Of a stretch of 64,000 bases of DNA, positions 12,036 to 24,247 are shown piece after piece. The stretch comes from Rebecca billardiae RCC1528 (taxonomy: Eukaryota; Protista; Haptophyta): positions 310,001 to 374,000 of the forward strand of contig OZ251250.1 of the NCBI GenBank assembly GCA_965240325.2. Direction: 5' to 3'. Below the pieces are notes generated by a model that saw nothing but the letters and a program-made list of their open reading frames with translations, ran no database searches and was not told where the DNA came from. The position numbers and the translations under genes were made by a program. The stretch's first letter is position 1. Every line of letters starts with the position of its first letter.

Positions 12036-13181
12036 CTGCACAACTGCCAGATCTGCGGCGGGGGCGAGCACGCGGCGGCCATCCTGCTTTGTGACGAGTG
12101 CGATGGCGGCCACCACCTGTACTGCCTGCGCCCGGCGCTGAGCGCGGTGCCGGAGGGCGCGTGGCTGTGCCCGGGCTGCGCGGAGGGGGCGGCCGTGCTC
12201 GTGGCGAGCGCGGACGCGGACGAGGACGCCGAGCAGATGCGACTCGACGCCGAGACGGCCGGCGCGAGCGACGGCGGAGGCGGCGGCTTCGGCGGCGGCG
12301 GCGGCTTCGGACACGGCGACGACGACGACGGCGACGACGACGGCGACGGCGACGGCGGTGACGTGGCCGCGCGCATGCTGCGCCGCGCGCTGCGCGCCGC
12401 CGCGCCGCCGCCGCGCGAGCCAGCGCTCGGCGCCGCGCCGCGCCACCGCCGCCGCCGCAGCGAGGACGGCGGCGCGGCTGCCGCGGCTGCCGTGTCGCCC
12501 GGCCCACCGCGCAGGCGCCGCCGGCGGGGCGTTGTCGTCGTCGAGGAGGAGGAGGAGGAGGAGGAGGAGGAGGAGGAGGAGGAGGGCCGCGCGCGGTGGC
12601 AGCGGCAGCGCCAGCAGCCCCGCGGTGGGCAGACGCCGCGCCGCGCGCACGCCGCCGGCAGCGCGCGGGACGGGGGCGGCCGCGCGCGCACCCCGCCTCC
12701 GTCGAGCGCGCGCGCGCCAAGGCTCGGCTCGGCCGCGCGCTCGGCCGCGCGCGCCGGCGCGCGCGCGGAGCGCGGGCGCTCCTCGCCGCGCGTGCTCTGC
12801 CCCGCCACGCCCGCCGCCGCCGACGCGACGAGCGCGGACGCGCCGGAGCCGCCGTGGGGGTCCGGACCCGCCGGACTCTCCGGACTCTCCGGACTCCGCC
12901 GGGGAGCAGGCCCCGGCGGCACAGCGCACGCGGCCGCCCGCCGAGGCCGGGCGGCGCCCAGCGCCCGAGACGCGTGCGGCGCGCGCGGCGGCGCAGCGCC
13001 GGCGGTCGCCGCATGGGAGGCGCGCTTCGCAGCGCTCGCGGCTGACGACGAGCCGCGCCGCCCGCCCGCGCCGCCGCCGCCCGCGCCGCCGATCGCCGAG
13101 TACTTCGACCGCTTCGCCCACGTTGGCGCGGCCGATGGCGCGCGGCAGCGTGCGGCGCCGCCCGCGCACTGGCGCCGTTGA
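11526..13181 (+). CDS. RING finger + PHD finger protein (PHRF1-like architecture)
   Basis: C3HC4 RING CAICLE...CRHRFCVPC...CPLC followed by C4HC3 PHD CQIC...LLCDECDGGHHLYCL.P.L..VPEGAWLCPGC, then acidic low-complexity tracts. Confidence 0.88.
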
Positions 13182-13711
13182 CGGCTGAGGACTGGCAGCC
13201 ACTGGCTCGGCCCGCGCGGGCCGCGGCGCGGACAGCGCGCGGCCGAACTCGATCGTCAGTACTACTACAAGCAGCCTAAGGGCAAGGCCCGGGGCGGGCG
13301 CCCGCGGGCGGAAGCCTGAGCCTCCGCGCAGCGCAGGCGGGTCGAGTGGTCGTCTTCAAGTGGTGACTCACTTTGTCTTTTGCACGACGGACCGAGCAAG
13401 TGATCGATGAGTGCCCTAGTGATGAGGACGACGCGAGTGTCGCGGATCGATCTGATGACGGCTGCTAAGTGCTTACCAGCTAGCAGTCCGCGATATAGTA
13501 GTGTCGTCCGCCGCTGCATGAAATGTGATATTGTGAATGGCAGTGAGAGTCACACTCACTGTCAGAGTGACGCAGTGTCGCGGTGCTGCTGTGCCAGCTG
13601 TGTGATGGATCGACTGCTACTAGTCACTGCTGTAGTGATGCCCATCGGCATCGCGACATGATCGGCATCGGCATCGCGTCAATCAGAGTGAGTCAGAAAT
13701 CGACAGATACG

Positions 13712-14236
13712 AATATTAATTATATATATTATAATATTAATATATATATATATATTGCCCCTCTTCTGCAGCTGCGCGCCGCTTGGCCGGCGCGCGGCGA
13801 CGCGTACTGTACGACCTCATCCTCATCCAGGCGCCCACGCGGGCGCACGGGGGCGACAGCCGCGGCTGCCGCTTGCCGGAGCTGCTCGCCGCTAGGTCGG
13901 CGGGCGGCGACATCAACTACGACCTCACCCTCATCCAAGTGCTCCGGAAGGCGCTCGGCCGCGGCGGCATCTGCCGTCGCCGCCGCGTGCCCCAGGCCCA
14001 GGCCGAGGCGGTGCTCCATCCCGGCCCCGCTCCCGTAGGGGGGGCAGGGCTGCGGGTGGCGCACTGTCTGACCTGGACGGAAGGCGCGGACGCATTCTAT
14101 GTGCGTGTCTGTTGCACTCTGTCTCCGAGCCTGACGCTTGTGCCTTGTCCGATGCTGCCACGTCGTTAAATATAATAATAATATATATTAATATATATGT
14201 ATTAATATATATTGATATATATTGATATGTATATTG

Positions 14237-14270
<34 letters not shown>

Positions 14271-14402
14271 TAATATATATTGGTAATTACACACATATAT
14301 ATATATATGTAATTACCAATATATATATGTAATATATATATATATTACATATATATATATATATTACATCACACACCGTACACACACATATATATATATA
14401 TA
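13712..14402. repeat. Two (TA)n-rich tracts (about 13712-13756 and 14168-14402) enclosing a GC-rich 410 bp island
   Basis: AT microsatellites visible directly in an otherwise very GC-rich sequence. Confidence 0.85.
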
Positions 14403-14580
14403 GCAGCAGCGCGACGCGCGCGCGGTTATACTGGAGACAGCCGTAAGTTCGGTGGGATCCCTCGATGGGCATCTCCGCCATGAATATGCATGCGCGCATC
14501 GCGACACGACGATGATGTCAAAGTCCTCTGAGGCCGAGCCGCCGGCTCATCGCCGCGCCGCGCGCCTGCGCGCGGCGCGA

Positions 14581-17442
14581 TCACAAGGCCCGCCGGCCGG
14601 CGGCGGCGGCGGTGTCGTTCTCCTTGTTGCTGCCGCTCGCGCCGGTGGCGCCGACCCGCGCGGGCGGCGGCGCACCGCCCGCCGCCGCGCCCGCGGCTGG
14701 CGACAGCTTGACGGGTGCGGCGGAGGCCGCGCCGGCGCCGCCCGCGCCGCGCGCGGCGGCGCCGCCCGGCGTGCCGCCGTGCGCGGCCGCGTAGCCCGCC
14801 GCCGCGCCGCCGCCGGGCGGCGTCATCAGGTCGATGAGGTCGGCGGGCGAGGCCACCCCGTTGGACTCGGCGAACGCCTGCAGCACGGCCTTGGACGGGG
14901 TGGCGTGCAGCGGGCCGCGCGCGCCCGCCGCCGCGCCGGCAGGCGGCTGGTGCGCGGCCTCGTGCTTGAGCCGCGCCGCGAGCTTGACGACAGACTCGAC
15001 TGTGCGCAGCTTGGGCGCGGGCATCGCCGTCGCCGCGCCGCGCGTGCGCTCCGAGTGCTCGCGCGCCGTCTGCGGCCGCTGGCTCGCGTCCGCCATCGTC
15101 GCGCGCCGCACCGCCTCGGCCGCGATCGCCGCCGCTGCCGCGTCGTCGCGCAGCCGGTAGGTGAGTGTCTTGCGCGGCCCGGGCGAGGGCGCGGGCCCGC
15201 CCACGCCGCCGCCGCCGCCGCCCTCGTCGTCCACCTCTGCCGCGCGCAGGATCTGCTGCAGCGAGAGCGGCACCGGGCGGAACGGCTCGGCCGGCGCGGG
15301 CGCGCGCATGCGCGGCGCCGTGTGCGCGCCGCCGGCGGCCGCGGCCGCGGCCGCGGCCGCCGCGCGGCCGGGCGTGCGCGAGAGCGTGTTGGCGCGCGCC
15401 GGCGTGGGCGCTCCGGCCGCGCGGTGCGGCTGCGCCGAGCGAGGCGTCTGCGCGCCGCCGCCCGCCGCGCCGCGCGTGGGCGTCGCGCCGCCACCGCCGG
15501 CTGCGGCTGCGGCGGGCGCGGCGGGCGCGCCCGCGCGCGGCGCTCGCTTGCGCTCGGACTCCGCCGCGTCCGCCGCCATCTCCGCCTCGAGCTGCGCGCG
15601 CAGCGCGCCGCCGTCGAAGCAGCCCGCGATGATCTCGTGCGCGTGCCGCTCCTCCCACGCGCCCAGCGCGTCGAGCAGCCGCGCGCTCACGCGCGGCAGC
15701 TCGACGGCGCACTCGCGGCGCGCGCGCTCCTCCCGCAGCAGCCGCCCCGCCGGGTCTCTGCGCGAGGTGAGGCGCGACGGGTCTGCCGAGGCGGCCTCCA
15801 GCTCGGCGCGCTGCGCCAGCAGCTGCTCCCGCCGCCGCTTGAGCCGGAGCAGCGGCGCCGCCTCGCGCTGCAGCGCGCGCAGCCGCTCGGTCTCCGCCTC
15901 GATCTCGGCCAGCCCGGCCTCGAGCGCATCCGCCGAGGTGTCGGCGGCGGCGGCGGCGGCGCCGCCGCCCGCGGCCGCTGCGCCCGCGGCGGCCGTGCTG
16001 CCGGTGCCGCCGGCTGCGGGCCTGGCGGTGGTCGGCTGCGCCGGGGCGGTGGCGTCCGCGTCGAGCGGGCCGAGCACGGCGGGCGAGACGCGCTTGCGCT
16101 GCTCCTCCTGCGCGCGCAGCGCGCGCGGCGGCGGCGGATGGGGACGGCGGTGGGCGTGTGGGCGCGGCGCGGCGCGGCGCGGCGCACCGCGCGGTGTGTG
16201 CGCGGTGGGCGCGCGGCGCGCGACGCGACGCTAGGGCGCCGAGCGCCGCCGCCGAGGTGCTGCTGCGCGGCGCGGCGGCGCGCACCTCCGGCACGCCCAT
16301 CTCGGCCCAGAGCGCGCGCAGCTCGACGCGCGCCTCGCTCACCAGCCTCGAGATCGACGCGCGCCGCAGCCGCTCCAGCCGCTCCACCTCCGCGCCCCAG
16401 CGGCGCAGCGCGCGCTCCGACACGTCCTGCGCGGCCGCGTGCGCCGCGCTCGGCTCGAGCTCAAGCCCGAGCTTGGCTGAGATCTGCTCGACGCGCGCGG
16501 CGGAGGCGCGGATGGCGGCGACGCGCTGCGCGCGCGTGGCCTCGAGGCTCGAGAGCTCCGCGCGCAGCGCGTCGAGCGCCGCCGCGGACAGCCGCGCCGG
16601 CGGCGCCACCGCCTCCGCCTCCGCCGCGCCCGCGAGCGCGCCGCGCAGCGAGCCGACCGCTGCGCACAGCTCGCGCGCGGCGGCGCCGCGCCGCGCGGCC
16701 TCGGCGTCGAGGGCGCGCACGGAGGCGTCGAGCGCGCCGAGCGCGCGCGTCGAGAGCGGCGCGGCGCGCTCGTCCCGCGCCGCGTGCTCCGCCTCGTCCT
16801 CGCCCAGCGCGGCGCACAGCGCCGCGCGCCGCTCGCGCAGAGCCGCGGACGCGGCGGCGCGCTCCGTGCGAGCGCGCCGCCAATCGTCCAGCGAGCGCGA
16901 GGCGGCGGCAAGGCGGCGGAGCAGCGGCTCGTCGTGCGCGAGCGGCTCGGGCGGCGCGTCGCCCAGCTCGCGCGCCGCGCGCTCGATCTCGCCCAGCGTC
17001 TCCGAGAGCTCCGCGCGTAGGCGGTCGCGGTGCGCTGCGCGCGCGCGGCGGTCGCGCGCGACGCGGCGAGCGCGCGGCGCGCGGCGCGGTGGGCGGGCGG
17101 TGGGCGGGCGCGCGCGGGGCGGCATGGAGGGCGCGCGCGAGCGCATGCCGCGCTCCCCTGCGCGCCGCCCCCGCCACAGCCGCCGCCGCCCCCCCCTGCG
17201 CCGAGCGGCGCGCGCGCACCGGCCTCTGCGGTGAGGGCGTCCAGAAACGTGGCGGTGAGCCGCTCCTTCAGGCCCACGATGGCGGCGTCGCGCTGCTCGG
17301 GCGGCGTGCCCACCTCGAGCCAGGTCTCGGCGAGCCCGCGCCGCGCCACGCCGCAGAGCAGCTCGAGCTTCGCGTCAAGGTCGGCCGTGAGGTCCTCGGC
17401 CGACCAGTCGGCGGCGGCCGCGTCGGCCGCGGCGCCGGCCAT
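14581..17442 (-). CDS. MAP65/Ase1/PRC1-family microtubule cross-linker; exons 17442-17220, 17034-16286, 16107-14581
   Basis: GT-AG introns 17219-17035 and 16285-16108 splice in frame. N-terminal ETWLEVG..EQRD, then ARVELRALWAEMG, then the conserved DPSRLTSRR...LLREERARR....LPRV...L...L.AWEE microtubule-binding region, then a disordered basic tail. Confidence 0.85.
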
Positions 17443-17656
17443 TTCGTTCGTTGTCGCGGGCCGTCCGTTCGAAAAAAGCGGCCGTTTCGGCCGCGCCGGC
17501 GCGACGGCGGAATCTTCCGGCTGCAGAATTGGTGAGAAAATGAAATCCGCCGCCGACAAAAGCACCTCCGAAATCAATTCGGGGCTCGGGCCCACGTCCG
17601 TCTTTGGTCCGTCCGCGGAGAGGCGCGCCGCGCAGCCTTGCGCTTGCCAGGTCGAG
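17443..17656. promoter_or_regulatory. Putative bidirectional promoter between divergent genes
   Basis: 214 bp head-to-head gap between ATGs at 17442 (-) and 17657 (+), locally enriched in A/T runs (GAAAAAAG, GAAAATGAAA). Confidence 0.55.
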
Positions 17657-18814
17657 ATGATGATGGCCGCGCTCGCGCTCGCGCTGCTCGTCGCGCTCGC
17701 GCCGCGGGCGGCGGCGGGCCACCTCGGCCCCGCGCCGGCGCGCGCGCGTGGCGCACGCCTCTCCCGCGCGCGCGCGCCGTGCATGCGCGACGACGCGCCC
17801 GTCGCCTCCGCCGGCGGCGGCGGCGGCGGCGCGGCGGCCGGCGGCAGCGGCGGCGCGGCGCGCGCGCGCATCGACGGCCTGCTGCCGGCGGACGAGTACG
17901 CGGCGGCGTGCGCGCGGCACGTGGCGATCCAGCGCTTCGTCGCCCAGCTGCCCGGCCCGATGCAGCGCCCGCTCCCCGCCTCCGCGTACGCGCCCGCCGT
18001 CGCGCTGCGCGGCCAGTTCAGCGCCGAGTTCAGTCAAGAGCTCGTGGTCGGGTATGGGGCGTACGCGGCGGCGCTCGAGTCGTTCGCCGCGGCGCAGCGC
18101 TCGGAGCTCAACCCGCTGCGCGTGGCGCTCACCGAGTGGGAGCCCGAGCTCGAGCCGGGCGGCGTGCGCGTGCGCTGGCGCGGCGTGTTTGCACAGCCCG
18201 CGCTGCGCGCGCTCGCCGCGCGCGCCGGCGCGGCCGCCGCCGGCGGCGGCGGCGGCGCGGCCGCGCAGCCGGCGGGCGTGGAGCTGCGGGGCACGGCGGC
18301 GTTCGCGTTCGACGAGCGCGGGCGCATCGCCTCGCACGCGCTCGAGCTCACCGAGCTCGGCGGCGCCGCCCTCGACCCCGATCTCCGAGCGGAGATTGGC
18401 GCGTGGCTCGCTTTTCTCGTGCCCGCGGCCGCGCCCGGCGGGCTGCGCGGTGGCGGTGGCGGTGGCGGTGGCGGTGGCGGTGGCGGCGGTGGTGGTGGCG
18501 GTGGGGCGAGCGGCGGTGGCGGGCGTGGGCCGGTGCGGCGCGTGCCGCCCAACCCGACGCGGCTCTTTGCGCTGCTGCAGGCCGCGGCGGCGCGCGGTGG
18601 CGCGCAGGGCGCCGGCGCCGCGCGCGCGCGCACGCCCGCGCCGCCGCGCGCGCCGCCGCCACCGCCACGCCGCTCGGGTGCCCCGCTGCCGCTGCAGCCG
18701 CCGGCGGTGCCGCTGGCCGGCAGCGCGGACTTTGAGCAGTACCGCGCGGTGCACGAGGCGGCGCACGCGCTGGCGGCCGCGCTCGGCGCGCCACCACCGC
18801 CGCCGGCGCAGGAC

Positions 18815-18854
<40 letters not shown>

Positions 18855-20214
18855 GCGGCGGCGCGGCGGCGGGCGGCGGCGCGGCGGCGGGCGGCGGCGC
18901 GGCGGCGGGCGGCGGCGCGGCCGGTGCGCCGCCCGTGCCGCCGCCCGCGCTGCCCGAGCTGGCGCCCGACGCGACGGTGCTCGGCGAGAGGGGCGCGGTG
19001 CTCGCGGCGGGCGCGGGCGCGTGCTCCGCGCTCCTCCGCGCGCTCCGCGCGCTGCGCGCGCTCAGCGGCGGCGCCGACGAGCTGCGCGTCCTTAGCGCGC
19101 GCGTGGCGTGGGATGGCACGCAGCGGCGCGTGCGCGCGCAGGCGGCGGGCGAGGGCGCGACGCACGCGCTGGCGCTGGGCGCGGCGTACGTGGCGCGGCT
19201 CGCGCCCGCGGAGGGGCTGCCCGGCGCGACGCTCGCGCTGCAGCTCGACGCCGAGCTCGCGCTCCGCGTCGCCCCCGCCGAGCCCGGCGCCAGCGCGGGC
19301 CGGGTGCAGCTCGCGGCGGTGCGGCTGACGCGCGTCGCGTGCGGAGGGCGGCGCGTGCCGGCGGCGGCGCTGGCGAGGCTGCTGCGCGCGCTGGGCGCGG
19401 GCGGCGGCGGCGCGGCGGGCGCGGGCGGGCCCGAGCTGCGCCGCGCGGCGGGCGAAGACGCCGACCGCGCGGCGCCGCGCGTGCTCGCCGCCGTGCTCGC
19501 CACGCTGCTCGCCGCAGACGACGACGCGGACGCGGACGCGGCGGCGGCGGCGGCGCGCGCGGGCGCGGACGGCGCGGGCGCGGGCGGCGAGGCGGAGGCG
19601 GCGGGGGAGGCGGAGGGCGGCGGTGGCGGGGCGGCGCCGACGCGCCTCGCACCCGACGCGCGCGCCGCGCGCGCGTGGCGCGCCGCGTGCGCGCTGCCCG
19701 CCGCGCTCGACGCCGTCGCCGCCGAGCTGCGCGCCCCTACGCCGCTCGCCGCCGCCGCGGCCGCGCCGCCGCCGAGCGCGGCCGAGGCGACGTTGCTAGC
19801 GCTGCTGGCGCCGGGCTGCGAGGTGCGCGGGCTGCTCGACGAGACGCTCGCGACGTCGCGCGACGGCGTGGCCGGCGCGCTGCGCGCCGCGCGGCTCGCC
19901 GGCGGCGCGCTCGCGCAGGCCGGGCCGGCGGGCGGGGCGGGCGGCGGCGCGGCCGACGCGCTGCGGCGCGCGGCCGCCGCCGCCGCCGCCGCCGCCGCCT
20001 CGCCGCCGCCCGGCTCAGCCGCCGCCGCCGCCGCGGCCGCGGCCGCCGCCGCCGCAGCGGCGACCTCGGCCGGCGGCGGCGGCGCGAGCGAGCGCGCGGC
20101 GCGCGGCGCGGCCGACGAGGGCGGCGGCCCCTCGGCCGGCGGCTGCGTCATCGAGCGGCTCGGAAGCGGCGGCGGCGCCGACGACGTCGGCGGCGGCGGC
20201 GGCGGCGGCGTCGT

Positions 20215-20257
<43 letters not shown>

Positions 20258-20998
20258 GGCGCTCAGACCATAGACCTCGTGTGGCGGCCGGTGGTGGGCG
20301 CGGCGGCGCAAGGCGGCGGCGCGAGCGGCGGCGGGGGCGGCGGCGGGCTGCGCCTCCGCCTCCGCCTCCGCTTCGAGCTCGACGGCGCCACCGGGCTGGT
20401 CGCCGCCATCCGCGTGCTCGACGGCACCGCCAACGGAGCGCCCCTGCTGCCGGCCGCGCTGCGGGGCGTGGCGGGGTGGGCGCGCGACGCGCGGCGCTGG
20501 GCGGGCGGCGGCGCGGCGGCGGGCGCGGCGGCGGGCGCGGCGGCGGCGCGCGGCGGGCCGGCGCCGATGCAGCCGCAGGCGCTGCAGCCGCTCTTCGAGC
20601 GGCTGGCGCGCGTGGTCGAGGCGGCGGTCGGGCCGGCGCCGAGCGGCGCCGCCGACGCGGACGCGGACGCGCCGCCGCCGACGCCGCCGCCCTACTCGCC
20701 GCCGACGCCGCCTGCGCGCGCGCCGCCGCCGCTGCCGCCGACGCCGACGCGCGCGGTGGGGGGCACGCGCGCGCCGCCGCCGGCGGCGCCGGGCGGCGCC
20801 GCCGCCGACGGCGCGCCCCGCCCGAGCGGCCGGCCGCGCGCCGACGCCGAGGCGGAGGTGCGCCGAGCGCAGCCGACCCCTCCCCCTCCTCCTCCTCCCC
20901 CGCCGCGCACGGGCGGCGGCGGCGGCGGCGGCGCTGCTGCGGCTGCGCAGCCCGGCGGTGCGGACGAGCCGTTCGACGCGGACGTGGACGCGGACTGA
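17657..20998 (+). CDS. Hypothetical Ala/Gly-rich protein, probable signal + plastid transit peptide, NTF2/SnoaL-like (DUF2358-like) region
   Basis: MMMAALALALLVALAPRAAAG followed by an Arg-rich segment. VRVRWRG...VELRGTAAFAFDERGRIASH resembles NTF2-like C-terminal strands, and a similar LRFELDGATGLVAAIRV occurs later. Confidence 0.6.
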
Positions 20999-21511
20999 GC
21001 GCGCGGGGCTGCTCGGGGCAGCGGGCGCGGCTGCGGGAGTGTGCGGGCTCGGTGCCCGGCTGGCCGCTGCCCAAGTGGCGCAGCACGGCGGCAGCATGCG
21101 CTGGTCTGCGCCTGCCGGCAGCGGTGTCACTGTCCGCGGGCGGCGCGTTGCCCGACCCTCTACCCAACTACTGCCAACTGACCGCTGGCGCGGTGTGCGT
21201 GGCAGCAGCCGGGCCAGCCAGTGTCACCGCTCGCTCCGAGGCACAGTGGGGTGAGGCGGACGAGTGGTACGTCGTCTCCGCAGTCGACGACACGATTGGA
21301 CGACGACAACGACGACGACCGCGCACGACGCTGGGCGCTGGCGGGTCTGATGAGTGCGCGGCACCACTGACCACAGCAGGTCTGACGGCTGCGCGCGCGC
21401 AATAAACCGCATATTGATGCGCGCGGGTTTTTTATTCGTCTGCTACGCGACTTTCGGATATTCATCGATGATGACGACGATGGCGGTCCACGCGCCATCC
21501 AAGCACTTCGA

Positions 21512-23524
21512 ATGATGATGATGGCCGCCGTCCATCAGCAGACGGCGGCACGGGCGGCGGGCTCGCCCCGCCGCGCGGGCGCGCGCGCCCCGCCGCGCGT
21601 GGCGCACAGCCTGCTGCTGCTGTGCTGCGGCTGTGGCCCCTGCTCGCGCGGCCCCTCGCCGTGCGCCGCGCAGCCGCCGGCGCGCGCCGCGTGGCCCGCG
21701 CCCGCGGCGCGCTCGTGCGACGACCCGACCGAGCTCGTGCTCGTGCGCGGCGGGCGGATGCCCGCGCTCGTGCTCGACGCGGGCTGCGCGGCGAGCCGTG
21801 CCTGCCGCGCCCTCCTCGAGGCCGCGCACGCGCGCTCCGCGCCCATGTGGGCGCCGTACACGCACGCTCGGCCCGCGGCGGCAGAGGCGGCCGAGGCGGC
21901 GGCGGGCGGCGGCGGCGGCGGCGGCGACGACGAGGATGTGCGCTCGTGCGCGGCGGCGGCGCGAGGGGCGCCCGCGGTGCTGCGCACGGTGCGCGTGCGC
22001 GTGCACGCGCCCCACGCCCCGCTCGCCATCGGCGTGAACGAGAGCCACACCCTCGCCGTCCACGTCCACGTCCGCGGCCACGGCGGCGGCGGCAGCGGCG
22101 GCGACGGACACGGCGTGGCGGAGCTGGAGGCCGAGACGCCGTGGGGCGCGCTGCGCGCGCACGAGGCGCTGCTCGCCGAGCTCGCGCCGGCGCCGCGCGC
22201 ACACACGCGCGCCCTCGCGCTGTGCGCCACGCTGCGCGTCTCCGACGCTCCCGCGCACGCGTGGCGCGGGCTGCTGCTCGACGTGGCGCGGCACTACTGG
22301 CCGACGGCCGCGCTCGCGCGCGCGCTGGACGCGCTGGTCTCGCTGCGGCTCAACGTGCTGCAGCTGCACCTGACGGACGCGCAGGCGTTCACGCTGAGCG
22401 GCGTGCGCGGCTGGGCGGCGCTCGACGCTCCCAACGCCTCGCGCGCCCGCCTCTGCCCCGCGTGCGCGTACAGCGGCCGCGCGCTGCGCGCGCTCGGCGC
22501 GGCCGCGCGCGCGCGCGGCATCGTCCTCGTGCCCGAGGTGGACACGCCGGGGCACTGCGCGGCGCTGGGGCAGGCGTACCCGGAGCTGGTGTGCGCGTGC
22601 CCCGCGCGCGTGCGCGCCGACCCGCTCGGGCCGGAGCACGCGATCGACCGCGTCGCGCTCCGGCCCGCGGAGCCGCGCGCGCGCGCGCTCGCCGCGGCCG
22701 CGCACGCGCACGTGGCGCGCGCGGCCGGCCCCGGCCTGGGCGCGCGGCCCGCGCCGTTCGTGCACGTCGGCTTCGACGAGGTGGACGTGGGGTGCGTGGC
22801 GGAGGACGCGGCGGCGCGCGCGCGCACGCCGCGCCACCACGCCGAGCACGCCGCCGCCGCGCGCGCCCACCTCGCCGGCTTTGGCGAGCACGTGCTCGGC
22901 GCGGCCGCGCGGCTCGGCAGCGCGCCGGTGGTGTGGGACGAGGCGCTCGAGACGCTCGGCGGCGCGCGGCTGCGCGCGGCGGGCGCGGTGGTGCAGGTGT
23001 GGCGCGCGTGGCGGAACGAGCGGGGCGAGCTCGTGCGCGAGGCGCTCGCCGCCGGGCTGCGCGTCGTCGTCTCCGCCGGCTACTACCTCGACCACGAGGA
23101 GCCGTGGGGGCAGTACCACCAAAGGGCAGTACTGCCCCCCTACCACCTCGACCACGAGGAGCCGTGGGGGCAGTACCACGCGCGCCACCTGCCGCACACG
23201 CCCCACCACCCGGCGCCGCCGGCGCGCGCCGGTCGCGCGGCCGCGGCCGCGGCCGAGCTCGGCGGCGTGCTCGGCGGCACGGCATGCTCGTGGGGGGAGG
23301 GCTCGGACGCCGGCTCCTTCGACGGCGCGCGGCTGCTCCGCCTCGCCGCCGCCGCCGAGCGCTTCTGGTCCGGCGCGCGCGGCGGCGCGGCGCGCGGCGA
23401 GGGCGCGCACGCGACGCAGCGCCGGCTGGCGCGCTGGGCGTGCGCCGTGCGCAGGCGCGGCCTCCGGCCCGCGCCCGTCATGCCCGACTTCTGCGCCGAC
23501 GGCGACGGCGCGCCGTATGCGTAG
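21512..23524 (+). CDS. Beta-N-acetylhexosaminidase, glycoside hydrolase family 20
   Basis: WRGLLLDVARHYWP, LNVLQLHLTDAQAF, GIVLVPEVDTPGH, HVGFDEV (catalytic DE), VVWDE, YYLDH, VLGGTACSWGE. A GH20b-like ESHTL...ETPWGALRA segment lies upstream. Confidence 0.9.
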   Translation: MMMMAAVHQQTAARAAGSPRRAGARAPPRVAHSLLLLCCGCGPCSRGPSPCAAQPPARAAWPAPAARSCDDPTELVLVRGGRMPALVLDAGCAASRACRALLEAAHARSAPMWAPYTHARPAAAEAAEAAAGGGGGGGDDEDVRSCAAAARGAPAVLRTVRVRVHAPHAPLAIGVNESHTLAVHVHVRGHGGGGSGGDGHGVAELEAETPWGALRAHEALLAELAPAPRAHTRALALCATLRVSDAPAHAWRGLLLDVARHYWPTAALARALDALVSLRLNVLQLHLTDAQAFTLSGVRGWAALDAPNASRARLCPACAYSGRALRALGAAARARGIVLVPEVDTPGHCAALGQAYPELVCACPARVRADPLGPEHAIDRVALRPAEPRARALAAAAHAHVARAAGPGLGARPAPFVHVGFDEVDVGCVAEDAAARARTPRHHAEHAAAARAHLAGFGEHVLGAAARLGSAPVVWDEALETLGGARLRAAGAVVQVWRAWRNERGELVREALAAGLRVVVSAGYYLDHEEPWGQYHQRAVLPPYHLDHEEPWGQYHARHLPHTPHHPAPPARAGRAAAAAAELGGVLGGTACSWGEGSDAGSFDGARLLRLAAAAERFWSGARGGAARGEGAHATQRRLARWACAVRRRGLRPAPVMPDFCADGDGAPYA

Positions 23525-24247
23525 GGACCCGCGGGCCTCGTGGCGCACGCGGCCGCCGTGGCAGCGTGGCTTGATGATCCGAATGGCGGTGATGATTCGG
23601 CGTGCGCCGTGCCCATCAGGGCGCGCACGCATCCAGCTCGCGCGCCTCCTGAGTCCCGGACGGTGGACAGGAGGGTGGCCGTGCTGATCAGCGCAGTTAT
23701 TGCAGGCGACGACGCCCGGCGCGCGCCGGGTGATCACGTCGAGCGTTGCGGTAGTAGCCGGCCGCACCGTGGCGGTGCAGGTGGACGGTGCGGGCCGGAC
23801 GGCCCAGGGACAGGGTGTGCTGATGAGCTTGGACCATCGTCCGGGGTGGACCGAATAACCTATATATCGTCGTCGATATAGCAGGACGAATAACGAAGTG
23901 GTCGCGTCGTCAGCAGAAACGACGAATAATAATATAATTAATAACCTGCTATATATCGAGCAGGATAAAGGCGGCGGCGGATCCGCGGCCCGGCTGTGCT
24001 ACGTACGCGCAAACGATGACGATATGGCTCATCCGGCTCCCTTTATTACGATCGCGGTGCATGCAGGCTATGCTACTCTGCCACCCGGACGATCGACACG
24101 CGGCGACGACGACGCGGCACCGCGGGCTCAGCGCGTGCAGCTGTGCCAGCACGGTTGAGCACGCGGCGCGCGGCCACCCGTACGCCCTTGAATGCGGCAA
24201 GCCGCCCGCGCTCGTTGATAGCGCCGCGCGCCGCGTCCGCCGGCTCA

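Noticed and set aside
23113-23173. Intron created by the GH20 duplication
   Set aside because: The available GT...AG spans 61 nt, so removing it would shift the frame rather than restore the original sequence.
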